Source: Kondoa subrosea
Taxonomy: Eukaryota
Length of the DNA stretch: 64,000 nt
Assembly: GCA_039545335.1 (NCBI GenBank)
Contig: BCIN01000007.1
Coordinates: forward strand, 372,001 to 436,000
Direction: 5' to 3'
Shown piece after piece: positions 10,075 to 23,012 of the stretch; position 1 is the first letter of the stretch; every line of letters begins with the position of its first letter. Position numbers and translations under genes: made by a program. A model generated the notes under the pieces. It ran no database searches and was not told the origin of the DNA. It saw only the letters and a list, made by a program, of their open reading frames with translations.

Positions 10075-13000
10075 TTACCAGAACCTATGATCATTCATCA
10101 TTATGACCAGGAGATGTTACCGATGAAGAAAGGAGAAGCTTACGCGCACCAACCCAGGTAAAGCAAAGCCAAGTTCTCTGTACTGGTAGCAGCAGTAATC
10201 AACCGATCGACTTGCTGCTGTACATCCAAAGGTGTAGTGTTACCAAAATCTTTGCCTAATAATTTCGCTTGGACTCGATTGATGATCTTTAATGCTTGTG
10301 TATTCAGTTGAGGCTGGATATGATCAGACTCCGATCGGTTCCGACTGATTGACGATAGTGTGTCTGTGGCTAAAAGGCAGATGAGTTAGTTGAGCGCAAT
10401 AAGAAGCGAAAGGAGAAACTGACATTGCTGACTTCTCGATCGGTTGGTTGTTTGCAAACGCCAGGAAGTTACAGGCTGCAAGCACGAGTCAGCTTGAATC
10501 AAATTAGCAAGAAGATTATTGATTCACATCATGGACGAAAGCTTGGAGCAACGTCAACATCGAGTCCTGCAGCACAAGTCAGCAAGCATAATCTATATTA
10601 ATCGAAAGCAGCTGACCTTGTATTCACGCAAGATGCGCATAGTAATCTGACTAGCCATTCGATAGGTACCTTCCACATCTCCGCATTCCAGAGCTCGGAC
10701 CATCATGCGCGTGAGTCTAACTCAGCCGTGTCAAGTGAGCGATTATACAATGAATGTTGCAGCCGCTTACCTGAAGGGCACAGTCTCTGGAAATCGATCT
10801 CGATTGATAGCCACTTCAAAGCAATCCCCGAAATCACTGCTCTCACAGACATAAGCTGGGCTTCCACACGCATGTCAAAGAACGGACACATGAAGCACAC
10901 CGCCAGTCTTGCGATCGATTAGTAAATTCGATGGATGTCGATCTCCCAAGCCTAGACAATAGCCAACCATGGACATGACTGCTAGATCTCGAGAATAGCG
11001 AGTTCTTCGTTCGAGCCAAGTCTCAGAATTAGGACTGCCAAGCCACATCATCGCATATAGATCCTGTCCTGATGTCTGCTCTAATGCTTGCTCGAAGACT
11101 AATGAAAAGAAAGCGATTTTGAGTCCTTTCTGTAGCAGAGGACAAGTAAGACTCACTCTCAACTTTTTGCAATCTCGTCTATGCACGATAATTAGACACA
11201 ACCTTGTAGTCATAATTTCTACTTACATGCTTCTCATACTTTGGCGCAAAGTGATACATCGCTCGGAGCTCTTGACTGAGCGCAGAATAAGCAAAGTGCT
11301 CAGCACATACTTGGTGACTCACTCTAGAACGATCTTTTCCCTGGCTCGATAGTCTCGAATGAGGACATGTAGAGTCTAGTATCATATGTTACCACGAGTA
11401 AGGTGTCGAGGTGTACTTTGACCTACATCCTTGTTATCGATCCATCCGATCAAACCGCTGGAGGGAGAAAGTGGAATAACAGGATAAGCAGTAATGGACA
11501 ATCTTCGCTTGAACGATTCTCGATCCCTTGATAAGATTGTATTGACTAGTCCAACGAGCTGCATCACACGTTCATCCAAACGCAAATCTTCATGACCTTT
11601 GAGCAAAAAGGCATGCTCGCGTCCATCATTACCCTTAGGATTGATTAGTATAACCGAAGACCCAAATTTGAGCACGTACCAGCATCTTCAACCTGCGGGG
11701 TTTCTGCTTCGAGGCGAGAACATAAAATAAAGGGCGAAAGCCATCGATCTTGATGAGCGGGGAATTGGCTCTTTGACTGGTTCCTGCAGTACAACATGTT
11801 ACACTGAAGAACAGTCTGACAGGCACTGAGCATACCAGGCACAGCCAATTGCAAGTTCCGCAGATGAAAGAGCTTTGGTGACGCAGTGCGCAAATCAACG
11901 AGCTTGAGATTGCTGCAATACCCGTTAGCCTAAAGATTATGGAAGTTGAATGAGATCAGGTGCTCACGTCAGCTCGGTATTCAGACGTCGGAAAATGCTG
12001 TAATCTGTTGCAAACGATTTTAAAGATCCGAATTGGAGCAGGGCTCCCCAGCTCACAGTAGTCCCATGCGCGATTCAGATCGTCATTGTGCCGCAATCTC
12101 TTGAATCGGTTGGAAAGATCTCGAGCAAAGCGTAGATCTTCACCGTAGCGCTGAACGAATCTGTTCTCACAAATGTTCAGACAGTTGGAAAGTCTGCTAA
12201 ACCCGCACTTACTCTGCCTCCTTGACGGTTTCTGCTCCTTTGTCTACCATCTCATGCAATGGAGATAATTTGACAAGCATTGCATCGAGCATCCGATCAC
12301 CGTAGAACATCCGACTAGCTTCCTCCAAACCCTGTTTCCGAATGAGTACTGCCATCATGCGCTTTTGAAAGAAATTTGACCTCGTGCCATAGTTCTGCCC
12401 AACTAATAGCTGCTCGGACTAGCTCTCGCCCAACTGTCAGTGACTGATGATCAGTGACCTATCGTCAGATCCATCACAGAACACAAAGCTAGTACTCACT
12501 TGCTCTATCAACACATCATTATGTACTCTCAATCTGTCTAGAATACCCAGGGCTGCTCTACGTTTCGTCAGATTCGAATCTTTGGCCGATACGCTGGCAG
12601 GAGGAATCTCGGAAGAGTCTCGACAGTAAAGATCCGACTCACCTAAGAGACCACACTATAGCCTGAAGGTGTGCTGATCCGGTCTCCAAAAGAATGTGAA
12701 TCACCACTCTGCGAACTGAGGGAGAGGGAGAGTCCATCCTTTGACGAATTGTTAACAATGACTTGACACATGGATCTTACACTGACCTTGCCATGAGTTG
12801 AGGTGTCACTGGTAGCCAAGTGTCGCTTTTGATCTTGGTGAAGTCGATCATGAACCTGGGATATGTTTGTAGAGTCCTATTATTCGTTGATGTAGTAGAC
12901 CTACGCGTCAGCAACTTCATTTTCGTGTCCGTAGGTGAAAAGTAAGTCTAATAGCCGCAATGTGTCTTGAAGAATATAAGAGTCGCCTTCCCGAGCGTGG

Positions 13001-16000
13001 AACAATGCTTTGAAGAATCCCCGAATGGCAGGAATGACATGAGAGACGAGAGACTCCTTGTAAAGAGTCTGTGGTCTGGCGTACGAGCTGGCCAAACTTG
13101 TATGCGCTTGAGCTAATGTTGACCAGCTTCTGCTCCAGCTTGGATCCACCTGCGTAGCTAGTATGCAATGTTGAAGAGCTTCAGCGCCGATAGTCTACAG
13201 GCAATCAGAGTAAGACATTGCTCAAAAGCTCGACGCTTACACCTTGCCAATCCTCAATAGCGCTGGATTGCCACATCGACAATTTACGATGTGCTCGGGC
13301 TAACAGTTTGGCTTTGACACCAAAAGCCGGAGTCTCTTGTAGAGAAGGAGGGCAGACTTTGACAAAGGACTTCAATTGCTGTATAGCCTGTTTTGCAAGT
13401 CAGTAGGGGTACACTGCTTGATCGAGCAGCCTTACTTCCAGCGGTTGCCCAAAAGAGTACATAACTCGAATGCGAGCGTATACAGCAGCAGGAGGACCTT
13501 TAAGTATCAATGAGCCGTTCTCGTCCGTTTCGACCTGCATGATAGAGTGCAAGGCTGATTTAGCTAAACGCTGATCGCCTGATCTTCTCGCCATATTAGC
13601 ATAGGCAACGTACTGCTCGAAGATCATTAAACGCAAATTTTAAATACGATCATCAGCTCACACTACCAACGTCTTCTCGAGGATGCCTAGCTAATGTTCG
13701 CACTTGCAGAATCTGGGCCCCTGATTCGTATTTTAGCGGGTTCAGAATTCATTGGCGCTGACACTCACAGGTATCGATATGTGCAGAAGCCGCTGTCAGC
13801 CGCTCTGACCACACATTACTAATGGTCTGGCGCCTAATTTCACCGAAGTCTTCATTGTGGCTCATGCGATACTGCAGCGCTTCTTCTAATTCCACAAGCA
13901 GCTGTGCCTTCACAATTTGACTGTTGGGTGACATCAATTCAGCCCGAATCTAGGGCATCGAGACTTACGGATAAGCTCGACGGTAACTATCCCGTACCAA
14001 GGGGAAAGCTTTGTGGTCGAGGGATGTGCAAGCGACAGAAAGGTGAACTTGTGCATCAAGACGATCTTCATTGTGGACCGCTTTGACGATAGAGAAGAAC
14101 GCATGTTCAGATGAAGACGGCACAGCTGCATCTGTCTCCAGTTGTTCAGAATCGAAGACGATAGACATGAAGCTCAACGGACTCAAGTAATGATCAACAC
14201 CGGCAAAATCGCCTAAGTTGAAAGCTGCAGTAGCCTACGCGAGCAGTCAGTCAAGAATTTGCGCGCCAGAGGAGCACTTTACAGCTAAGGGCGCAATCTG
14301 AGATTGTGTCGCGTCTCCAAAAACAGACCAGTTTTGCTGAGCCAAGGCTGAGAGAGCGGTCCATTCCCCTAAGCTTCGGAAGCAACGCATTGTACCTAAG
14401 ACCGCTTGTTCATCAGCGGGGTTTACGGCTGCTTCATGTTCATAAGAAGCCAAGGCTAAAAAGTAAATGTCAGCTAAAAACACGACCTGCAAAGTCTCAC
14501 TTGCCATCTTCCCATTTGCCTAAAGCTTCGTACCACTTGCCTTGAGTCTCGACGCCATATATCCTGCTCGCAGTGACCAATATTCCTTCTGCAACGTCTG
14601 TCTATATCAAAGTCAGGCAAGATAAGATGGTTTGACTCTTGCTACGACACACTTGATCGAGTAGTTGACTGAGATTTATCAACTCTTCTATGATGTCCTC
14701 TGTCGGGCAAGATTGATACTCCAATTCTTTGTAATGGATCGCTTTGGCATGAGCCTGAGCTTTGCTCGCATAACCAGCCAATCGCGATTCCTCTATTGGC
14801 ATGATCTTCTTCCGTTCGAGGAATTCCATCAGCTCCAACAAATGAACCAAGACATCTCCGGGTATGGTCGGATGCTCGAAGACTTGTATAAGCCTCTGTA
14901 TCAGCAGTTCCTAAATGTTGTATGGATCAGTGCGCTCGAACAGAACGATGAAGATATCAGATACCTGGTCTTCTCCGTTCAAGGCCTTCCAGCATGACAG
15001 AAAGGCCTTTATAACATGGTCAGAATCAATTACTTCTTAAGTGAAAAATCACAAACCTGGTTGAAGATATTCATGCCATAGCAGTAGTGAGACTCAGCAA
15101 CCGCGGCAGTTGCTCGTACTGAAAAATACTTGTCAGATTGGTTTCGAAAACTTCAAAAACCACACACAAGCATAAGCTGGAGAGCTTCGCAGCAAACCTG
15201 CAGCAAAAGTCGACAGCCACTCGCGCCAAATCTCAGGTTTCCAATCTTCAAGTTCTAGGTACACCAGCAAGTCAGATAGTTTGACCGGAGCTTGCCTCAG
15301 ACCCGCATCAGCGGCTGGTGGATCTTGCAAAACATTGTACGGGCGGCTAATTTGAGGTATCTTTATATACGGGTGCCCTGATTTAGCGATGGCAATAGCT
15401 TGAGCGTAGCCATCGTGAGTAAGTTTCTTGCCTACAAGAGCCTACATCACAAAATCAGCTGCTACAGATGATAAATGCCAGAAGCGGCGTACCCGCTGTA
15501 CAGCTGGCTCGATCACAGGAAGATAAGGTTCTATAGCAGTTTGCAAAGCACACATGATATGGCAAATGGACTGAATGATATGTAGAGTGAGCGCGCCAGC
15601 GGATGTAGGCAAGATCCGAAGTAAAGGTAACAGAGATTTTGGCGTGTATGGACGGAAATCAGAAACGTCTAGGCTAAGCCAGCCAAGCGTTTGTACCGCA
15701 CATATTCTTAGCTCTACATCATTGGTTGGAGTCTCGAAGCATTGGCGAAGAAATGGGATTGCTAGGTGTAAGTAATCGTCCAGATTGCCACGCATAGTCG
15801 CGAGTGTTTTGGTAATCTTGGTTGAAAGAAGAGTCGCTTTGGATGATGTTTGGTCGACAAGGTCAGCGTTCATGAGCATCTTCAAGACTTGTGGTACCAG
15901 CGGCCGCATCGCGCCCTTGTGAACGACATCAGCAAGCCGATAAACGAACGCAAGGACAAACTCACGCCTATTGAGTTGGCTAGTGTCTCTATGGTTTCGG

Positions 16001-19000
16001 TCAGCACAACTTGCAAGACGTATCCGCCGGCCCAATGCTTTTCGGCTAATGCTACGACATTGGGTGCATGAGCTGCAATATGCTCTCGTTGACTGGAAAC
16101 GATGGCGAGCAGAGTTTGCAGATAGTATGATTGCATTGGCAACTCTGCAATTTTCAAAGCTTGCGAGATTGCTGATAGTACTGGTCCAACAAAGGTTCGA
16201 CACTTGAGGCGAAATGATCGATAGATTGTCTGTAAGGCGTCAACAGCACTTGCATGTATCGCAACGAGAGATTCATCGTTGATGACAGCCAATAAGTGAT
16301 CGAAGACCACCGTTAGATAATGCGCGTCAAGCTGAGCTGCAGCTTTCGCTTTCTGAACTCGATTGCCTTGATTGGCCAATTCGATCTCATCTTCGTCTTG
16401 AGTATTAGTACTCGTCGGTCCTCCATGGATCAGATTCTAGCAAGTATCAATTAGGTATATCACACAACGTCAATATAGCACGCGCTTCCTTATACGGATC
16501 TACTGCCCCTACAGCACCGAGAGCTTGCAGAGCCAAGTGACGGTACTGTGAGTCGCGCTGAAAGCGAGAAATATCCAGAAGTACGGGTAGTAGCCAAGGT
16601 TCTTGAGTGTACAGTCGATTTGCTAGACCAGAATGAGAAGCGAAGTGCTTCAAAGCTTGTAAAGCTTGGACTAGTGACTATCAGCAACAATAGTGAGAGT
16701 GTAATTTGGGGCCTACTGCGTCTTTTGCCAGCATTGACATCTTCCAATGCCAATCTGACACATTTCATAAAGCTCTCTTTCCATGCAGAAACAGCTGGCC
16801 CGAGAACGATGGCCATCTCTGATAAGCATGCCATTGTCGAGATTGCTCCGGACTTATCGCCAGGATGTAAATCCCGAAGTAACTGAACAAACCATTTAGA
16901 ACAAGGATAGGTACCAATGGTTGGACCTACCAATCCCATAATAGCTTCCTGATGAGTCCTGTGCCACCTATCCGTCAGAGCAGCAACATGCTAGTCATTG
17001 AGGAGACTGACCGAGCTGTCTGCGGTGCAACTTTGATGAAAGTATGAAGCAGATCAACTGGTGATTTTGATTCGGCAAGAACGCTAATATAAAGTCAGTG
17101 TAAAGGAGTAGGCGAGGGATGCGACCGCACATATGACTGCCGTGCTCTATCTGTACCAGGAGCTGTACAAATAGACTTCTCAACGCTGGATCAGCGACAG
17201 CTGGATTGAGTTCTTCCAATTTGCCCAGCAGTTCGATCGCTAAGCGCGAAATTTCAGGGTGATCGTCATTAACAACCAGAACCAGGTTGCGAGCAATGTG
17301 ATCTTGCGCTAAGTATTTCCCAAAAGCATCCCATATCTGGCATAAAATAGCCTGTTTGACGATAAAACCTGTATTCCAGCTGTTCAGGCGGGACCATAGA
17401 GCCAAAGCACAGGACTGACTTTCATCTGTGAGAGCTAGGGTGATGAGCTTGCTTAGAATCGCTTCATTCTGGCTAGTTGGATAGAGTGTTGAATAGGCTG
17501 AATTGCTAGTAGATCTCTTACAACAAGCGGTGCATGCAGCCAAACGGACTTTCTCGCTCGTGTGTGTCAAGAAAGCCGGTACTGCTTCTTGTAACAGGCT
17601 GTCAAGATCTACACCTTTGGCTGAACTGAGCTTACGCTGCTTCATTTCAAAGTTGACTCACTTTTGAAGGGAAAGTCCGCAAGTGTATAAATGGCAAGAC
17701 CTAGCTGTTCGGTACTTGGAACAAGAGACTGCTGCGCTGTTGCTATGACTTTAGTCGGCATGTTTGTCGCTGAGGCTGAGTTAGCAGTGAGGACCAAAGA
17801 GATTCGACGTAGAAGGTGTTCTGTGTTGACCGCATTGAGTTTCAGTGCACATCAGAGTACCTGTATTTACCTTGTGTTTGGCCACTAAGAGTTGGCGCAC
17901 AGCGAACGACCGTCTCCAGTGCAGTGACAAGATCTTGTGTCAGAAGAAAGTGGTCCAGCATGAGCAAAAAGCTGCCGACTTCCGCAGAGATTGCTTCTCC
18001 GAGCGCTTCGACAAGAGCAGTGAAGCATCTGATATAAGGCTTGAAATCCAACGGCATTTTTGGACTATAGCAATTTTCGACTCAGAACAGCAGCATACTG
18101 CATCGACCGGAACCTACCTGCGGAGGCCCATTCTAGAAACTACTGCTATAGCTAGATCTCGACCCGAAGACGCAAGTAGAGGCCCTAAAGTGGAAGCCAG
18201 ACCTTCGATAGCTCGCATTGCTAACAGCAAAATTCAATACAGCTGAGAAGTAAGCAATGAATACTTACCTGAAAGCCTCAGATTATCTTTCTCCAAGGCC
18301 ACCAATAAATATCGCGCGGTTGTACCAAGGTATAAAGATTGAAATGCTGATGAATCCCTCGAGGCTAATATAGGCAACAGTTCCATGGCTTCTATTTGAA
18401 CATATGTATCACGATGGTCGAGAAGGCTGATTGTAGCAGAAGAAATTTCGGCCAGCCAGGAGTCCAGGTACTTAAGGCAAAATCAGATCCTTCTGAATAT
18501 GGCGATAGCGTGATCTACCTTGTCAGCGTGCTTCAGAAGCATTTTGATGCCCAGAAGAGAGCCATGGACTTGTTCTGCCTTGTTCTGCTCGAGACTCGAC
18601 CATAACTGTTCATAGATGGGTTGCCAAACGTCTTCACGATTCACTCGAAACTGTGAGCGCTAGTGAGCATTCACGATAACCGAGTACCGCTTAAAACACT
18701 GACCTCTGGACTTTTGGCCAGCTCAATGCAATGCGCTAAAATATCCCCTGCGATACTACGAATCTTGCTGCAAGAATCGAAAAGCACAGAATATATGTTG
18801 TCGATGGTGATCAGGAGAAGAGGTAGAATTGCTCTTGGACATTTGCCAGTGAGCTGACGAAGCACCAAACAAGCAGCATGACGTTTGATTTCATTTCTTG
18901 GACCTTGCAAGTTCTCCAGAGATGTCTTGACTACTGTGTCTGCATGACCTTGCAAAGCCAGATCAAGATTTCTGATCATGAGTATACGAGCGTATGTTTG

Positions 19001-19390
19001 GGCAGCCAATTCGACGACATCGAAATGAAGCGTCTGGAAACAGCGAACCAAAAAAGAGACGAAGCGAATAGGAAGCTGAGAATCCAAAGGTAAGTCATCT
19101 TCAACGATGGTTTGTATTGCCATAATTGCTCCGATGGAAGATTCTGCTTTGCCAGAATTGATCATGCTCGACAGTGTGGAAGACAAAGCTGCAACTTCAC
19201 GCAAGTATTCTGCGTCAGGTACATCTTTATGAAGTTTGTGAAGTCTTTTGGAGAGATCTTGAGTGGCTTCAGACCTCTTTTCTTTGTTCTGCATTCTTGC
19301 CAACGCATCTTGAAGTGAGTTCAGCAGAGGTGCTTTGATGACTTCTACGGAAGACTTGACAGCTGGTGCTAGCAACGGCATATTTCTCAT
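10075..19390 (-). CDS. TOR: TOR-family PIKK kinase (HEAT repeats, FAT, FRB, kinase, FATC), diverged and intron-rich
   Basis: [19 protein letters not shown]...AWDYYYSIFRR. Kinase: [61 protein letters not shown]: ...[18 protein letters not shown]. Confidence 0.93.
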
Positions 19391-19498
19391 ATGTTATCGT
19401 TGCCCCTGAAGAGAGAGAAAAGGAGAAGACAAAATACAGTGGCATTCGACAGGACTAAGGGAAACATAAAGAGCAGAAGATGAAATTTCACAGCAGAA

Positions 19499-19641
19499 GC
19501 TGTGCACTGAAAGTCATTTCTGTGCTGAGCGGTACCAGCCATATATTATTCGGACAGCGCAATCATTGGTCTCCGTTGTATTGCCATAATATAAATATTG
19601 CGGATTTCGATTACTCGACAGATTGCGCTGTTCTAACATTC
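19499..19641 (+). ncRNA. Candidate box H/ACA snoRNA
   Basis: A first hairpin (GCTG/CAGC, GCAC/GTGC, GAAA/TTTC) is followed by an H-box-like ATATTA (19543-19548). A second hairpin is closed by a perfect 11-bp ACAGCGCAATC/GATTGCGCTGT stem, with ACA at 19636-19638. It lies in an intergenic region. Confidence 0.4.
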
Positions 19642-19971
19642 TGAGGCTTTGGATAGTCAGGGCACTCATGCAGCGAGCGCAGGTGTTTGCATGTCGCGTG
19701 CAATGGAGTACGAGCCTGCACAACTATCTAGACTTGGATATTCGCTTGACAAGTTGACTCTTGAGATCAGCATGCAGCTCTCAGCTTCCGGATCTGTGGT
19801 ATCGCGGCTAATACAGGCGTTTCATCAGACCAGGTATATGGCAGAGTTTATAGTCTTCCTTCGTGTAATCGAGACAAAAGTAAACATCATACGGAATCCC
19901 GACTACCCGTGTATCTGCACATTTCTAACACAGTCTATTACAAGTGATCAGCTCACATTGATCTTCACCTT

Positions 19972-21353
19972 TTATAATGTATCATCCAATAGCGCTTGCT
20001 TTGCCCGAATATTGACGAAACCATACTACACAACATCGGGTTAGGTGTGTTGACAGCCGATGTGAAAAGGCTCACCTCTATGACTTTCGGCGATTTGCCA
20101 TTATGCGCGTCCTAAAAAGAGATAGGTTCAGCTTGAAGAAGTGAATATTAGCATGAAAGACTGACTTGATAATTCAGCTCGCGAGTGAATGGTCGTCTGT
20201 TTGTGAACAAGAGATCAGCATCAGGCAGAAAGCATCTATTCTGATCAAGAACGGACAGCCCAGCCTTTTCTAAGTCTTCCCACCTGGTTGCAACGGATCA
20301 ATTGAGTCCGAAACAATTCAAAAAGGGCTCACCATTGATAATACTCCGCAAATGTATTCTTCCACGCGTGTATCTCCAGTTGAAGTTGACCAAAAGGTAA
20401 AACTCCACCTTTTGACCTTCTGATGATATCTTTCAACACATCGAATTCCGCTCCTTCCACATCGATCTTCAGCAGATCCACAAAAGTATGACCATTCTCT
20501 TTCATTATTGAATGTAGAGTCTTCGTTTCCGGATTAGCGGGAGAAGCAGCTAAATTGACGGCATCTAAGCGATAAGGTTTGAAAGTAGTTCTTGAGGAAA
20601 GTGAAGGGTTGTCATGAATCTCTGATCCGGCTTGAACTTTTCCACCGTCGAAAAGAAAGAGTTTGCATGAAGGTGAGTGATGAAGAAGATCAGCTTCATA
20701 GGCTGAATTCGCTTCCACGCCTATTCGAAATTCAGTCTGGGTCTCAGATAATCTCAGGTAGGCACACACCAAAGGAGTAAATTATACAGTCTGGTACTTG
20801 CGAGACACGATCGTAGCCGCAGACCCATCTACTAGGGGTATCAGCATGGATAGATGGCAACTTTGATGCATGACTTACTTGCCTCCATCTCCAGCTGGAC
20901 CGAGCCGCTGTATCTCATGAGGACAGCTCCAAGCTGGATTGAGGAAGTCCCAGAGTGTTACGAGTCGTCTTTCTGCTCAACTCATGAGCGAGACGTCTTA
21001 CAGCGATCCATGTGTAGTGTACCTTGCTTATCACCTGGAGCAGGGAAAGGATTCAGATCTTTAGGCGTCGGACCAAGTGCCTCAATTAAAGCTTGTCTCT
21101 TCGTTATGCTAGTCGCATACAGCTTATGCGACCGTTCTATCCGTTCTCTGGTTGATCTGTATCCTGAATGCAAATGCTTGACTTGGGCAGAAGCAGGTGT
21201 AGAAGAAAGATGCTCGTAGAATTGAGTCGACGAAGGGTGCTGAAGGAACAGTAGAAAACATAGGGCAACAGCTGCGCCGATACTGATGTTGCGATTTCGC
21301 TTGGAGTGCAGCCAATTCTGCAGATTGGTGATAGCAGAAATTGCTATAGACAT
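19972..21353 (-). CDS. Methyltransf_22 / METTL24-like SAM-dependent methyltransferase-domain protein with an N-terminal signal anchor
   Basis: The hydrophobic anchor ISIGAAVALCFLLFL is followed by CIIYSFGV, EANSAYEADLL, MKENGHTFVDLLKIDVEGAEF, LPFGQLQLEIHAW and WEDLEKAGL. The C-terminus is YGFVNIRA...DDTL*. Confidence 0.8.
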
Positions 21354-21606
21354 AATGGAATCAGAGCTGAGTGCTAGGGAGCCCCGAGAGAGTGGCCAGA
21401 TGGACGTTCTGCCTCAAGAAAAATGTTTACATTGTCTTTTGGATACGGTCAAAGGAAAGAGTAGAGGAACTCTCAAATCCCATCAAAGGGCTATACCTGA
21501 GCTGTCATACCACCGAGCCTGAGATAAATCGCGAACCAGAGCTTGCTTTACAAGATTCAGTTCGAAGTGTGGCTCGCACACTTTGGACAAGGTTTAGATT
21601 CTAGCA

Positions 21607-22976
21607 ATGGAGTCGAAGGCTGGTGACAGAAGAGACAGCACGAGGGAGGGGCTATGTCTGGAGAAGTTGCCAGCCGAAGTGATTGAAAGAATTCTGCTTG
21701 AAGTGCCCCGAGAAGACCGCTTCAAATGCCTGTTCCTCTGCAAAGGTATCACGAAGATCGCTGCGGGTCGGCCTCTTTACTGTCACCTCGAAATCAGAAG
21801 ATCAGCCCAATCATATGCAATACTAGCCAGAATCTTGGAGGCACCAGCTAAGGGACTATGGGTTAAGAGACTGCGTTGGTTTTTAGAGAGACGCAAAGTT
21901 GAAGCCAAATGATCTAGCAAGCGAAATGGCAGTAATATCGGCGAATTTGATAACACTTCTGCAGCTCGCCGGGTCTTCACAAGAGCTCGAGATAAGAGAG
22001 GTACCCCGCCAAAGTCGTGATGCCTTGACCTCAGTATTTCTCCGACGCAGGAATCTTTCCCTCATACACTTCCACCATTATGGCAATACATCTGATGATT
22101 TTGCCCCACCATCTTGGCTGCAAGTAATGTCTATCCTAAATTCGGGCAAAATCAGAGAGCTGCAATATGAAGCGGCCATACAGATATTATCGGTCACCGA
22201 TACTAGTGGCTGAAGAACCTTACCAGGCTTTGTTTCTATCTCACCGAAGTTGCAACACGAGATTTTAATTCAATTCTAGCAGCAACTTGCCTGGAGGAAC
22301 TCATCTGCGCAAATCTCTCCACGATATCCACTGCGTCAATAGTGGACGCAATTCGCCTCTACTGCGGTGACCTGAAATTTCTACAAATAACCGTCAAAGA
22401 AAACGATGCGATACGTGAAGATCAAATTGATTGGCTCCAGAAGTTACCAAAATTGGAAGAGCTCGTGTCAGAAGGGCCATGTCTTCGCTCCTTGTCGCTT
22501 CATTATATCCCACCGCAAATCAAAATTCTGGTACACAGTCTTGCGATCCTTCGTTTGGCTATTTGTATGGTGCCATTGGCAATCGGAAACATCTGCAAGC
22601 GATAAGTTTGAAGCAGACTATATACTCGCCCGCTGAATGCGCTATCTTTCAAGTAAGTCGGAAAAACCTTGGTCATATCGGACATCAGAGCTGATAGGCA
22701 ATTGTTCAGGACCTAGCCGATACACTCAAAGTAACTTTGCAATGGGAATAAGCTGGGAATACGCAATTCTTGTCTCTCCTGCTCCTGCAACCAAAAAAGT
22801 ACAATTAGGTAACGATCTTCGACTACCCGATTCATCTACTTTCCATAAATCCAATACAATCTTTGCAATTTTTCCTCTCTAGCTGTATCCCTCCTCGGCG
22901 TTATATGGGAGGATCCCCAGCAAAGCTGGATCCGGATAATCGAGTCCATAGAATTCGAAATCACACTGTCATGTAG
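21607..22976 (+). pseudogene. F-box/LRR-like gene, possibly disrupted
   Basis: An F-box-like LEKLPAEVIERILLEV...CLFLCK...LYCHL is followed by LRR-like segments (LKNLTRLCFYL, LPKLEEL). The frame changes near 21900 and 22200 have no normal-length GT-AG intron. The 3' end is approximate. Confidence 0.5.
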
Positions 22977-23012
22977 TTCTTATATCTTCTTAAATGATCT
23001 TTACGCTTGTTT

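Noticed and set aside
10820..10900. Apparent loss of the DFG motif in TOR (ORF ends VLHVSVL*)
   Set aside because: An intron (GTCCGT...GCAG) restores HVDFGDCFE, so this is not a pseudokinase.
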